Source: Monocercomonoides exilis PA203
Taxonomy: Eukaryota; Protista; Preaxostyla
Assembly (NCBI GenBank): GCA_001643675.2
Contig: LSRY02000013.1
Location: 992,001 to 1,056,000, forward strand
Length of the DNA stretch: 64,000 bases
Reading direction: 5' to 3'
The notes under the pieces are model-generated. The model was not told the DNA's origin, ran no database searches, and saw only the letters and a program-made list of their open reading frames with translations. Position 1 is the stretch's first letter, and the number at the start of each line of letters is the position of its first letter. The translations under genes were made by a program, and so were the position numbers. Positions 24,801 to 35,141 of the stretch are shown in pieces.

Positions 24801-24832
24801 GCAAAAAATATCGCAGAAATAATTCCTTTCAT
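18854..24832 (-). CDS. 1992-aa type I membrane surface protein with five tandem ~370-aa domains (probable beta-helix fold)
   Basis: Signal peptide MKGIISAIFFALTVFLQTADSA. Five repeats each open with a V/A..KSG...G...P.GSL..AY.LL-type motif. Followed by a (PE)n stalk, a hydrophobic TM segment IGVIVVAVVVPIVFAITVVVIVIVVVVVV, KKRR stop-transfer and a short acidic tail. Intronless and intact. Confidence 0.92.
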   Translation of the reverse strand: MKGIISAIFFALTVFLQTADSANTEITVFVKSGASSDGKQFFTPIGSLKGAYELLGNPYSSRLAIKVIRNDEGNDALKAEAITFEKTNGITIEGITNSAGMNEKVEIDCNVKSNSDLFTCKQTVTFKYLIFNFPTALTDVTEGSKANTDPFALIHADTESFSLTISNCDFVRPTTGEVGIHLVKVSAGYVTITGVGCFNDTNTAAFTVTPFSVEGASSISLILLYLKKITSSSSTVMKITSLSQIDVLLDNCTFSECSSSDTTATSGALHIESASKDSSFAIKSPNPTTFSTCTCENGKSGGIFLKMTGITEASKLKWPMSKEHLEFFDCNAGKGDSIRNTGLYLEVKTELHKNIAAEMKSSFAKDYKITSNKWFVAAKGENDADVDFTEVYFDIPTTAFAKSGALGDGKSFNTPVGSLKGAYELLAEENAEGFFLKIIEQGEGVAKLLAESNEFSKFSQITIEGITNTDETNGKVEINCDAKSNNDLFTCKQKVTFSYLIFDFPETLDQDINVLKDNSDPFALIHADSESTSLTIDNCEFVRPATGEIGIHLVKVSAGILMMNQVECTSENVVKFSATPFLVDGANSVSLTLLMLDKITSSSSAVLKIVGKKDTAISVTLDKCTFTECISSDTATATSGTLYVESENAGSSFTVGDNRITIFSKCTCAKGKSGGIYLNLKNIAADKLKWPETGSNLEFIECNAGEGDSIKNTGLYLDVPVDLHREIAAAMKSSFATSYTLSNNRWFVAAQETDDKDVDFTIKYFDRPTTVFVQNGGVGEGASQEAPIGSLKEAYDLLAETSNQGFAIKIIKAENALTAECNEFNKASGITIEGITNADGTNGKAEINCDAKSNNDLFTCKQKVTFSYLIFVFPETLDQDINVLKDNSDPFALIHADSESTSLTIDNCEFVRPATGEIGIHLVKVSAGTLIMNQVECIHAETAVSFSETPFLVGGASSVSLTSLNLKKITSISSTAVKIVGKTDTAISVTLDSCTFTECISGDATSGALYVESTSADSTFTIKNNGITTFSRCTCANGKSGGIYLKMTGMTDASILKWPTTGSNFVFTGCTIGAYGSEKSTGLYLEVPVGLHKNIAEAMKKSFAADYKVETNNLLIAAKGADGNDVDFVTKFIDLYSIAFAKKGGNDLGTEYGKPAGSIGEAFNLLKEGTNLGGYQIKVIKDDNALEANAITLEKESSIVIEGIADTADANEKVEIDCDAKSNKDLFTCKKEVSFEYLTFNFPTTLTQSSGTLKANADPFALIRADTESTSLTIDNCEFVRPTTGEVGIHLVKVSAGILMMNQVECTSENVVKFSATPFLVDGANSVSLILLNLGKITSSSSAVMKIVGKVDAAISVSLDFCTFLECASTAEASNATSGALYVESQNSLSSFTIGNTGMTIFFSCTCANGKSGGIYLKMMGITDASKLLWPATGSYLSFSSCSAGEGDSIKNTGLYLDVKTELHKKIAEAMKKSFAKDYTLKDHAWFVAAKETENKDVDFTARYFDPPIAYAKSGASGGDGKTFERPVGSLKRAYDLLDKKECDERYLILIIKHDEGKDALKAEAIIFDKSSGITIVGVQKTNDVESESEVTIDCDVKTGGNLLTCKKKVEFRSLSFNFPTTLENKQVKNDGPTATETGMFALIVTDGADAELSIVNCRFVRPKPATYPSVMHSNAGEEKVGIHLVKMSAGSLTMSGVKCVDDAKTVSFKATPFLVEGAKEVLIDDVEVKKVEVEDGAAISISDQTIGEVKASKNNEETEGSVVVVEGLKMEEVKSKSGNTAGLEISLGEDDSKVKMGRKKACTFKECKAENGKSGAVYIEMKQASGNLELPRENKLEIDGTNKGQGNSGASLCIVAADFDAFGKQEGAFEFAQSYDEGNAGWVVGAADVNAEPEDVYEKYLKRKEPEPEPEPEPEPEPQPQPETDPEKKDEPKTNIGVIVVAVVVPIVFAITVVVIVIVVVVVVKKRRSKYNSDDDEDVGGEKEQEMSNNV

Positions 24833-25249
24833 AACAATAGGGTTTTTCAGTGTTTATACCAAAATATGATCGTTTCTCGTATACATTGTATTTTGAATTG
24901 AACACATAAAGGTTATACATAATTTATGGAATCAACGTAATTATGGTTTCAGACTGTAAATGCTTAAGGGATGTTTAAATGGTGTCCGGAGGAGAAAAGA
25001 AAAACACGGAATAATTGTGTTCCATAAAAAAATTTTTGCTAGAAATGTTTTATCGGCTGGGAGACTGATACAGCATGTGTGCAAGCTTATTTCTATCAAA
25101 CGCGCAAACGGAGTACATTTTATTACTGATGGGAAGATGGAGATTTTTTGGTGCATTCGATGATCACAAAGGAACAGATGAAAAACAGATATTGTTGTGT
25201 TATCTTTTTTGATTGATTTTTGTATGGAATGTTTTGGGATATGTCTGCT

Positions 25250-26460
25250 TCATTGAACAAGCGGAGCTTTAGGGATTTGTTATTTCTTTCTCGGGAGCTT
25301 TCAGAAAGTGTGTTTTGAGTTGTTTGGGTTTGGAATATTTTTTGGATAAATTTGTTTTTCAGAGGACATCATTGAAGTTTATGTTTTTTTCTCATGAAGC
25401 TGTTTTGGGGAGCGGAAGATCTGGTTCAGAAGATGGCTGGAAATGGCAGGTAGAATGGAAGGAAACGGATTGAATGGATTTTTCTCAGTTGTTTGTGATA
25501 TTTCTGAGGTTGCTGATGAGAAAAATGTTGGACGTTGGAAAAGATCTTTTAATAGTCCTGATGTTGCATAAACATTATTGGCTGAGATGTTGAAAGATAT
25601 TATGTTGCTGGGGCTCGAATTGAGGCAAGTTTTGGAAGAAGATTGGCTTGAAAAAGTCTTTTGAAAGAAGAAGGAATGGTTGAAAAGACCCTTTGTTTGT
25701 TGATTGAACGATGCGAGAGCTGCACATCATCAGATACAAATCCTCACATTGCCCCAATAGAAGGACTGTTATTTTGTGTGTTTTGTTATTTGAAAGTTGC
25801 TTGGAAGATAGAGGAGAATGAGGAAAGGCAAAAGGATATCGAAATGTCTTTTCTGTGCTAGAATGAAACAGAGGGAATCTTTGTGTGAACTTATTTCTTT
25901 TTTGAGTTTTTTATTTGAAAATTTTTCTTTAATTTAATCAGGATTGAGGCAAAAGAAGTTGGAATAAAGGAGTTTGCAGAAACCATAAAAAGCCTTCAAG
26001 AACATCTGTATTTTAAACATCTTGCCTGACAGTTGGACACAAGAGAGTTGGAAGAGCAATAGGCATGAGCGGAGTGGAAGGGAGGAAAAGTGGAATGAAT
26101 ATCATAAATATTCAAAGCTTGTGGAATACTTGGAGCTTCTTTTTCCATTGACAGTTTTGATGAAGTTGAATTCAAGCAGTTTGCCGAATGGATGGCTCAG
26201 GGACTGTTGAATGTTGTGGAGCTGCTTGGGGAAGCCAGATTGCATCACTCGTTTCGGAGGAAGCAAACTGTTGTTGTGAAATGTCATTCGAATTGCTGCT
26301 TTTCTGGGTTTATGTTCTTTTTTTCAGTTCCAAAGAGATTGAAAGAATGCTCATTCTGTTTTGTTGGCAGGGCAAGTGGAAAGTTTTTGATTGAGAGAAT
26401 TTTGAGTTTAAAGAAATTGGGCACGATGAATGCACAGCAATTGCGAAAGATGTTTTGAGG
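25250..26460 (+). pseudogene. Highly decayed copy of the 3-exon helical-protein family
   Basis: CVFCYLKVAWKIEENEERQKDIEMSFLC aligns with family motif CVPCLLKVALKKEENEETQKEVEMALL and is followed by a T-rich intron-like tract. Boundaries are approximate. Confidence 0.65.
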
Positions 26461-26635
26461 CATGACTTGATTGAAAATATGTTATTTTTTTTGATTCTTT
26501 ATTTTTTCACATCTCATTCAATTCAGAAAGAATGCACGAAATGGAATAAGATTGAAAATGGATTATTTTTCTTTTCTGATTGAAATGATTGAATTATTAT
26601 TGGTGTGTAATAAAAGAAGTTTTTTTTATAAAGAT

Positions 26636-28668
26636 AGGGTAGTTTTTTAATTCGGATAATTTTTTAAATGGGAATGAAAAAATAAAAAAAAATTTATTTC
26701 ACTGTAGCATGTTTGTTTCTAAATAAAAGTTCACTAGTAATAAATATAATCAATCAACTCTCTCTTGATTATTTTTCTGGAATTTTCTTGTTTTCTTTCA
26801 TCTCCAGAATTATCGTCAAAAAAAACTTTTTTTCGTGGAATTTTTCATTTTCTATGGTTTTTCATCCTCAAACAATTTTTTTCCCACAGTTTTTTCATTA
26901 TCATCATTCATTATCTTCTCTTCTTTCATTTTCTTCTGATATCTCCATTCATTCAAAAAATCTTGATCGATTATAATTTTTCCATGAAAATCAAATTTGT
27001 GGTTCTTTTTCTTCAGTGTGACAGAAGGCTCATCAGGTAAGGTGGAAAGAACAGCATGCCATTGATTTGACAACATTCCACTTTTGACAAACGAAGAAAC
27101 AATTGTTTCAGGCAATAAAGCTGTTTGCAGAGCCTGAGAAAGGGTATCTGCAATTGCTTTTCGACAAAGAGAGACAGATGAAGAAGCAGGAACGACAAAT
27201 TTTGTGTTAACACATTTTTTGAAGACGGCCAATACTCCACGGTCGAGAGGCTGAGTGAGGTGTGTGCTGTGAGGGATGAATGTTACCACTTCGATGGAGG
27301 CATTAGCGAATTTTCACCAAATTTCGGGCTGAGCTCTCGATGGATGAGAGTCCTGCAGAAGAAGGCATCTTTCGTCATCTTTGTTCAAAAGAGTTCGTCT
27401 TTCTACGATTCCTGGAAGGAGAACGTCTTCGGAGTATCTTCTAAATATTGCGTCTGTCGTCCAGCCATCGTTATCTTCCCAGATATTTATTGTTGAGCTG
27501 AGCATCACACGCAGTTCGGCTGGAATTTTCTTTGAATGTCATTAAACGATGCTTTTCAAAGAATAACCGTCTGCAGCAGCAGCAACACACAATGTTGCGT
27601 TTGGCATGTTCATGGGCGTTTTGTTGAACCCAACTGGTGAATCGGAAGGATGAACGGCTATTTGTTTTGTGGAATCAGAGAGACAAAAAGAGGATTTGTT
27701 GGTGTTGAAGATGAGAAAAGGAGAGTATTTGTGAGAGTCATGAAGTGATTGAAGAAGAGAGAAGAAAGGTTGAAGAGACTGCTTATTTGAAACAGATAAA
27801 CGTTGAATGTCAACGATATGAGGAATGGATGATTTGAGATCAGGATTGCATTTGACAAACAAATACTGAGTTGTTTTTGAAATTTTGACTTCTTGATCTT
27901 CTTCTTCTCCACTTCGTATTTTTCTATCAGACGGAAATGACTCCATCTTTCATTTTTATTATTAAAAAAAATATTAATTAGAAATATATAAAAATGCAAA
28001 CCAATCGTTTTGTTTGAGCTTAAGAATTACTCACTCCTGTTAAACTTTTTATTTTGATGACTCAGGAAATCACTTCTTTATCTTCTTTCGTGAATAGCTC
28101 TGGAAGACCAACTTTACCCATGGTTCTTCCCTTTTCAACAGCAGTAACGGCTCGGTTTATCGATGAACAAGAGAATTCATTTAGATAAACATCGTCGGTA
28201 ACACGACATTTTCCATCAGCAATTATTGAAGCAATTCGAACTAATCGATTTTTGATTTGATGAAACTGGAAAGATAATATTATATCTCTCAATTTCGTAA
28301 ATCCACTTTCTTCTCTTTGTTTGACAACATTCATCCAAATTTATTATTTGTAATGATTTTATATATTTTTAATAAAATTTTTTTGAAATGAAAAAAAAAT
28401 CTTAAAAAAATTCGATCAAATTCTATCTAAGTAATACCCCTTGCTATTTCCTTATCTCCTCAAGGGAGGCACTAATCAGAGATGGAGGAGCGAACACCCC
28501 CATTTCCCCCCATCAGATATTAGGAATAGTAGTTTAATCTGAAATTCTAATTGCTGACTTTTTCTTATATATCAAAAATATGATAAAATATCCAAAAATT
28601 GGGAAGAAATAATTCATAATTAAAAATTTTGTACGGAAAAAAATGTCCGGATTAAAAAAACCATTCTT
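26636..28668 (-). mobile_element. pogo/DDE_1-type DNA transposon A, disrupted transposase, diverged TIRs
   Basis: Transposase fragments at 26852-28334: FNTNKSS, ATLCVAAAADG, GWTTDAIF, LLLQDSHPSR, IPHSTHLTQPLDRGVLAVFK. Imperfect inverted ends GTTTTTTAATTCGGATAATTTTTT (~26642) and AAAAAAATGTCCGGATTAAAAAAAC (~28637). Confidence 0.85.
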
Positions 28669-29430
28669 CAAGTTTTGCATGCAGTTATTTCCATGGATAC
28701 TGAAAAAGGGATTGATTGAAATTGAAATGTTGAAAATAACTACACACAAGAAGCAGTTGCGCGTCTTGCACATTTCTGAGACATCCTGGTCAATGTTCAC
28801 TAGCAATTCACTTATTCACAAATTTTTATTTGATTCTTTTGTCGTTTTATCGGTTTTTGAATTTATTATTCTTTTGAATAATTATGACGTGTGATAATGG
28901 ATTGTCGATAAGTCGGATGAACAGTATTGAAATCATCTTTTTTTTTGTGTTGAAACAAAAATTCTATAATTGTTTTGTTTTTGTTTTCGATATGTTCCTT
29001 AAGTTCATTAAAATTATATTCAGTATTAATTTTTTTTAGCAACTTTTTCAAATATTTGGAATTGCTATCTTATCTTTGTCAACTTTGTGAATTTTCTCTC
29101 ATAAATTCATTTTTCAAAAAAGAAATCAGGTGAAAACAGACAACACTAATTATTTACTAAATTTTCTTCCAATTTACTGTATGTTTCAAAAAAAAATGGA
29201 AATAATTTTTCCATGTTGTTATCATTTCTTCATAGTTTCCATTCTTTTGAAATTAAAAAAGTTGGAACTGAAATTATAAATGAATATTTTATTTGGGTTT
29301 TGACCTGAAGAATGGAAAACGAAATTTATCTGAAAAGAATACACCAGATAAAAAGATATTGAACGTTCAGATTTTGGCAAAGAGAAAAAATAAAGTAATT
29401 TTTACAATATTTGGAAGAACAAAAACACTT

Positions 29431-29792
29431 TAGTGAGTCACAAATCCGGGACATATTACAAATCCGGGAAAGTGCATAAATTTCAGGTTTGATAAAACTT
29501 TTCGCTCATCCATTTGTTTCAAATTACATAAAGGAAGCATTTGAAGTTAAAAGAATTGCTTTTTTAATATTATACTGTTCGCAAAAACCCTTAATCTTCA
29601 GATTTTTTTGAAACACGAAAGCTGAAGATTAAGGGTTTTTGCGAACAGTATAATATTAAAAAAGCAATTCTTTTAACTTCAAATGCTTCCTTTATGTAAT
29701 TTGAAACAAATGGATGAGCGAAAAGTTTTATCAAACCTGAAATTTATGCACTTTCCCGGATTTGTAATATGTCCCGGATTTGTGACTCACTA
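29431..29792. mobile_element. Perfect foldback MITE: 171-bp arms, 20-bp spacer
   Basis: 29431-29601 is the exact reverse complement of 29622-29792. It begins and ends with TA, and each arm has two CAAATCCGGGA copies 19 bp apart. Confidence 0.93.
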
Positions 29793-32536
29793 TTCATTCA
29801 TTTTTAATGAAGTAATACCCACTGAAAATGGACCATGAATGATGAAAAAACAAAAAATAAAACAGGTGTATTTATTAACAGATGTGTGAGATTATAAAAT
29901 ATATTGCAATAAAATCAATGACACTTGTATTCAGATAGGTTTGTACAGTTTATTTTCAATTTTGATAAAGAATGATGTAGTAATGTGTGAAACAATATTC
30001 AAATGATTTTCACTAAAAAATGCTTGAAAGTTGTGTTATTCTTGATGAAAAGTCGCAAATGTTCAATATCTGAGTGTGAAAAAATGCACCTTATTCTGTC
30101 ACTCTTTGCAATTGATCCATCAAACTTTATCATTTTGCATAATTGAATTCACAGACCTATTTGAAGTTAGATTGAGTGCATGAGGGATACATTTGATGAA
30201 CTTTTGGATTAAAATGATTAAATAAGTTCCATTTTTATTTAACTTAGATAAAAAACATCTTCAACTTTTCAAAAAGAAAAACCGAGATGGCTGAGGAGAC
30301 GAGGCAGTTAGCAAAAAACAGTCGAAGAAAAGTTTGTTTTATATATTTTTTCACATTAGAATATTAACCTGAGATGTTTTTTGTCTTTCTCCAAGGGAAG
30401 GAGGTGGAAAAGAATGAAAATGAATAAAAGCATTATATCTCATAATAAAATGTGATTATCGAGTTGGGAGAGCGAATTCATATGGAAAGTGCAAAGGATG
30501 AAGGGATTGGGAAGGAAATTGGAAATATAATTTTTAACAAAAAAATAGGATGTTTTTAATTGAAAAAGATGGAATTGAACAAAAAACATGAATTAACGTT
30601 TTTCAGAAGAACAAGAAATCGATGCATTTGATGGAGAAACAACTGTTGGAAAAGATAATAAATGAATCCCATGATTAAAACTAGAAAACGAAAGTAATAA
30701 TGAATTGTTGTTGTAGGGAAACATTTGCCAACTGTATATTAAACAGAAAATTGTATTTAAAAATGTTTATAAGGTTTGCTATTGCTTTTTTTGAAGTTAA
30801 TATTATTTTGTTTTAAGAATGCTGAAAGAATGAAAAATTTGATGGCTTTGAAGAATGAAAAGAAGAAATTTAAATTTTCACAACAGCAACAAAGATAAAC
30901 CAATTCTTAGAACTTCAATCTGGATGGCAAATGATAACTTTTTTGTAAGGATCTTTCATTTTTGGTTTGTAAACTCAGATCAAACCTGCTGAGAAGACAA
31001 AGGGATGAAAAAAGAGAATTAAAATTGCATATTCAGCTGAATCGACAGGCAGACATAGTGAAAATTCATCAGTCAAAGGTTTTTCATGCATCAACACATT
31101 TCATCTGATGATGTGCCAGTTGCATCAGAAATGTTTCAATGACCAGTGATTGTTTCATTCAACAAAAAAAATAATGTTTTAACTGATAGCGCTGTTAATT
31201 TTGGTGATTCTTGTTTTGCTGATTCTTCTGCTGGAAATACTGCTGACTTCTTCTCATTTGGCTCAACTACACCACAAGTCACTGCGACAGAGAGAGGAAT
31301 TTTATTACAGGTGTATTTTCATCTTCTTCTTCATATTTTTGAGTAAGCAACATTTTTAAGTTATTTTTTTGATTTGTCTTCTTCCTTCTTTGGTGTACGA
31401 AATGAACTATTATTGAGAGAATCCGTCAAAATCCATTCTTTTTGATCATTGCTCGAAAAGACATCGCTTTTGTTGATTCTTTCTTGGAAATTTGTTCTTC
31501 ATTCACATTCACTTTGAGCAGTTATCACAACAAATATCAAATTATTCGGATGTTTCTGATCCGAAGCCTCCAAAGGTTTTGGATTTGTCATAATATTTTC
31601 ATTGTTGCACTTTATTCAATTCATGTTCACAGTTATCATGAAGTTGAATATACCAAAAATTATTCAAAATGAAAATTTTTTCAAACGTAATTCATTTTTT
31701 TGTAAACGAAATGAAAATATCTAATATTTTCATATGAATAAAAATATTTTGAAATTATTAAAAATTTCTATGAAAAAACAAAAAAATTTTTCTTACTCAC
31801 AAAAAACAAAAACAACACAAAATAATTTCCGATTCAAAAGGAAAAAACTGATTTTCTCAAAATTTTGTGAGAGAGTAAAGTAATTATCATTTGGTTTTAA
31901 ACAATTATTATTTCGAATGCAAACATCAATTTCTTTTAAAAAAATTATTAATTCGTTTGCATATTATCCATTTTAAAAGCAAAAGTTCTCATTTTGTTAT
32001 TAATTTTATTATTTTGAATGCGAAAATTCTCATTTTGAATTATTTTTGGTGCATGAAAAGAAATGAAAATTAATAAAGACTGCACTTTTCAATTTACAAA
32101 ATTATTGTTATTTAGGTTCTATCATTTGCAGCACAGGATGCAACAGAAGCAGTAGCAGAGATTGCCACATGTGCGTCCAACGCACACATGGCTTTCATCC
32201 AAACGATCGATTTAAAGTTTCTCTTGAAATACATAGCTCTTTATAAACAAAGAGAAAAAGCAACTTCCTCTGAGTTAAATATTTTTATGTCAAGAAGGAT
32301 GTGAAAAGTTTGTCCGTCACCTGCTAATAAATCTATTTTTTATTTTTTATTTCTCAAAATGTTTATGAAGAAGATGAGGAGCAGGTGTGAGAAGACGAAA
32401 TAAAAAGTTGATATTGAGAAAGGTTCAATGAGAAGTGAATGAAGCAAGGATGCTTTCAAAATGAGAAACGATTTGTGAGAGGAAAATTATATCAAAGTGG
32501 GACTCGATTGGCTTTATCAAATCTTGAATAACTTAT

Positions 32537-32789
32537 GGGAGATTATTTTTGAAAACATGTTTTATCATTCATAATTTTCGGTTCAGAATTTTCTTGAATA
32601 TTAACCAATGAACGTTGAAAAGTGGAAAGGGTTGTTGAATACATTTGAATCTTTGATTCGGAAAAACCATATGTTTTTTTAACAGTTGTGGTAATTGAAG
32701 CATTTGATTACAAAATCTCTTCTTAATGACAAACTATCTTTGAAAAAACAACACACCGAAAAATGTTATGATTTCAAAAATAATCACCC
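32537..32789. mobile_element. ~255-bp MITE, older copy
   Basis: TIRs GGGAGATTATTTTTGAAAACAT and ATGATTTCAAAAATAATCACCC, flanks TTAT and ATAT. Same family as 35281-35537. Confidence 0.8.
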
Positions 32790-32873
32790 ATATTAACAAA
32801 AGTTTTCTTTGGCTTGCATAACTTTCCTTTTACGATCCGAAAGTCGTTGTTGTAAAGAAAAAAATGAAGTTTT

Positions 32874-32905
<32 letters not shown>

Positions 32906-33399
32906 TATTTTATTTTTTTTATTTTTAATTTTTTATTTTTAATTTTTATGTTTTTCTCAAGGAGGCAAAATTATCACATATGAAACTTTCATTTTATAAA
33001 ATAATAGTGAAGCACCGTAAGCTCTTCAGAATTGTTTGTATATGCAACAACTGCTTTTTAAAAAAAATCATGATGAAGTGTTTATATGTCATTAATGAAA
33101 ACACTGGATTGGTTTCCAAAATATTCTTTCAAATGTTTGAACAAAAAGAAAAAAAGAAAAGAAAACTGTCAAATTTGATTTTTTTTCAAAAACAATTACA
33201 CAAAATGAACAGCAACTGTTCATATTTGTTTGAGCAGAAAACGAACCTTACGATAATAATTTTCAATCAACAATATTCTCCCTCCTCCCACAAATAACTT
33301 CACTCAAATAATCAGGAAGATCACGAATCAGGTTTCATTCTTCTTCCTCATAACCTATAAAACGTTCAAGTTTGAACTCATTGGATTATGAAATATCAT

Positions 33400-35100
33400 T
33401 ATCCTCAAAGATTCTTGATGTTTATTTTCTTTTTGAAGATTTGCTGCTTAATCGGATCGTTTCAGTTTATTTTATAAAGATTCAGTTGATGCTTTTGTGT
33501 TTCAAAGTGATTCATCAGTAGCCTGATCTGGATGATAATGCAATCTTTTCGCTTTTGAAGAATCCTCAAAAACAAAACCTGGAAGTTTTGAGCGATCTTT
33601 CATTTTGAAATTATCTCTTCATCTTTGTTCATAACTGAAGTCCGAGATTTATTTACTTAATGTGTGGTTTTAATTTTATTCATATCGTTTGTTTAAAAAA
33701 TATGTTTGTCTCCTTCTTTTATTTCTAATCTTTTGTTTTCAAAAACTGAATTTGTTGATGATTAATAATTGTTTAATCTTTTATCTTTGAGCTTCTGTTT
33801 GTGAATATGAGTCAAGACATAATTTATCATATTATCTTCAAATATTTCCTTAGTCATCCATCCCTTTTAAGATGTGTGTGATATTTATCTTCATCATTTT
33901 ATTGTCTTCCAATTTCATTCACAAATAATGATGTTTAGAAAATATGAGAATAATAGTTCTTTTTCCGTTTGCCACAACAATTCAAAGCATTGTGAGAAGT
34001 CTGAGAGGAGGGGATTCTAAGAGAGGGAGATATAAACAATCACAAGAAACAATATTCTTTTTTTTTCTTGATTTTCGTTCGATTAGCAACTTGTCTCATC
34101 AAGTTGCAAAATCAATGACACACATGAAATTTTTTTCTTCATCAAATATCTGAATTTTTATTAAATCGACAGTTTTCTTTCTGTTATAAATCCTCTGACT
34201 TTGGCAATAATTTACCGGACAAGATCAACTTGTTAAAGGCTGTTTATGTCTTGAAACGAAATTCTTAACTCGTTCCAAACAAGGAGCTTCTAATTAATCT
34301 TTTATTTTAGCATTTGTTTGAAATCTGATATGAAGGGCCTAAAACAAAAAATTTGGAAAATTGATATTCATTTATTTTAACATTGAAAATCAAACAATCA
34401 TTGGAACATTTGCATGTGCTGGTTGTGTTTGAAAATTGTTCCAATTTGAGTGATTGTTTTTTAAAACAATAACTTTTTTCGAAGTGTTAATTTTTCAAAT
34501 GTTGTTTGCATTTGGGGAGATTTTTTGTATGACAATGCTAAAATAATCACTCCTTTTATATAAAAACATATGTTGTTACTCAAATAAAGCTGCAGATGTA
34601 TTTAATGTGTCTTATCAATATTCAGTGTTCTATTGTTGTAATTCAAGTGCAATGTTCGAACCGAAAATTTTAATTAAATAAATATTCTTTCAAAAATAAT
34701 AACCCATTTTCTATTGTTTCAACCAACTGCAATTCTTAACCTTTTGTCAAATAACATGATCTCCCACCTTTTCCAGTATTTTTTCCTTTTTTACTCATTT
34801 TTTCAGCTCGTTCAGCACTTAAGAATGTATTTCTTAATCCATTTTCTTAATATTTGGTTTGTTTCAGTAATATTTTTCCTATGCTTTGTTACACGAATAA
34901 CTTTTTGAAATCTTAAAATAAACTATATGATATCTGTTGAATTAATCTTATTCTCTTGATAATAATAAATGTGAAAAGAAAAATCAATCCCAGTAGCTGA
35001 TAGAAAATTAACAATCAATATCATTATTCATTTTTTTATTATTGTTTGAATCATAGATAACAGGTTGTGCGGATTATTTAAAATATGCGGATTTAATCCC
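33400..35100 (-). mobile_element. Heavily decayed pogo/DDE_1-type transposon relic, not in the ORF track
   Basis: Minus-strand translation gives LILQLDETSC (~34085-34115), LLTML*IVVANGK (~33960-34000) and KGWMTKEIFEDNMINYVL (~33812-33867) in the correct order. A TIR-like paired AATCCGCA motif lies at 35066-35095. Boundaries are uncertain. Confidence 0.7.
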
Positions 35101-35141
35101 TTTCCATAAATAAAAAATACTCAATTAGGCTAATTTTATTT

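Noticed and set aside
29290-31000. Possible further transposase relic (VILDEKS) and host-family fragments on the plus strand
   Set aside because: Motif matches are too short and scattered to support by eye; a TBLASTN search is needed.
32163-32192. GC-rich hairpin GCCACATGTGCGT-CCA-ACGCACACATGGC as a Helitron end
   Set aside because: Imperfect stem with no adjacent CTRR terminus. It weakly resembles 13360-13430 and is more likely decayed coding sequence.
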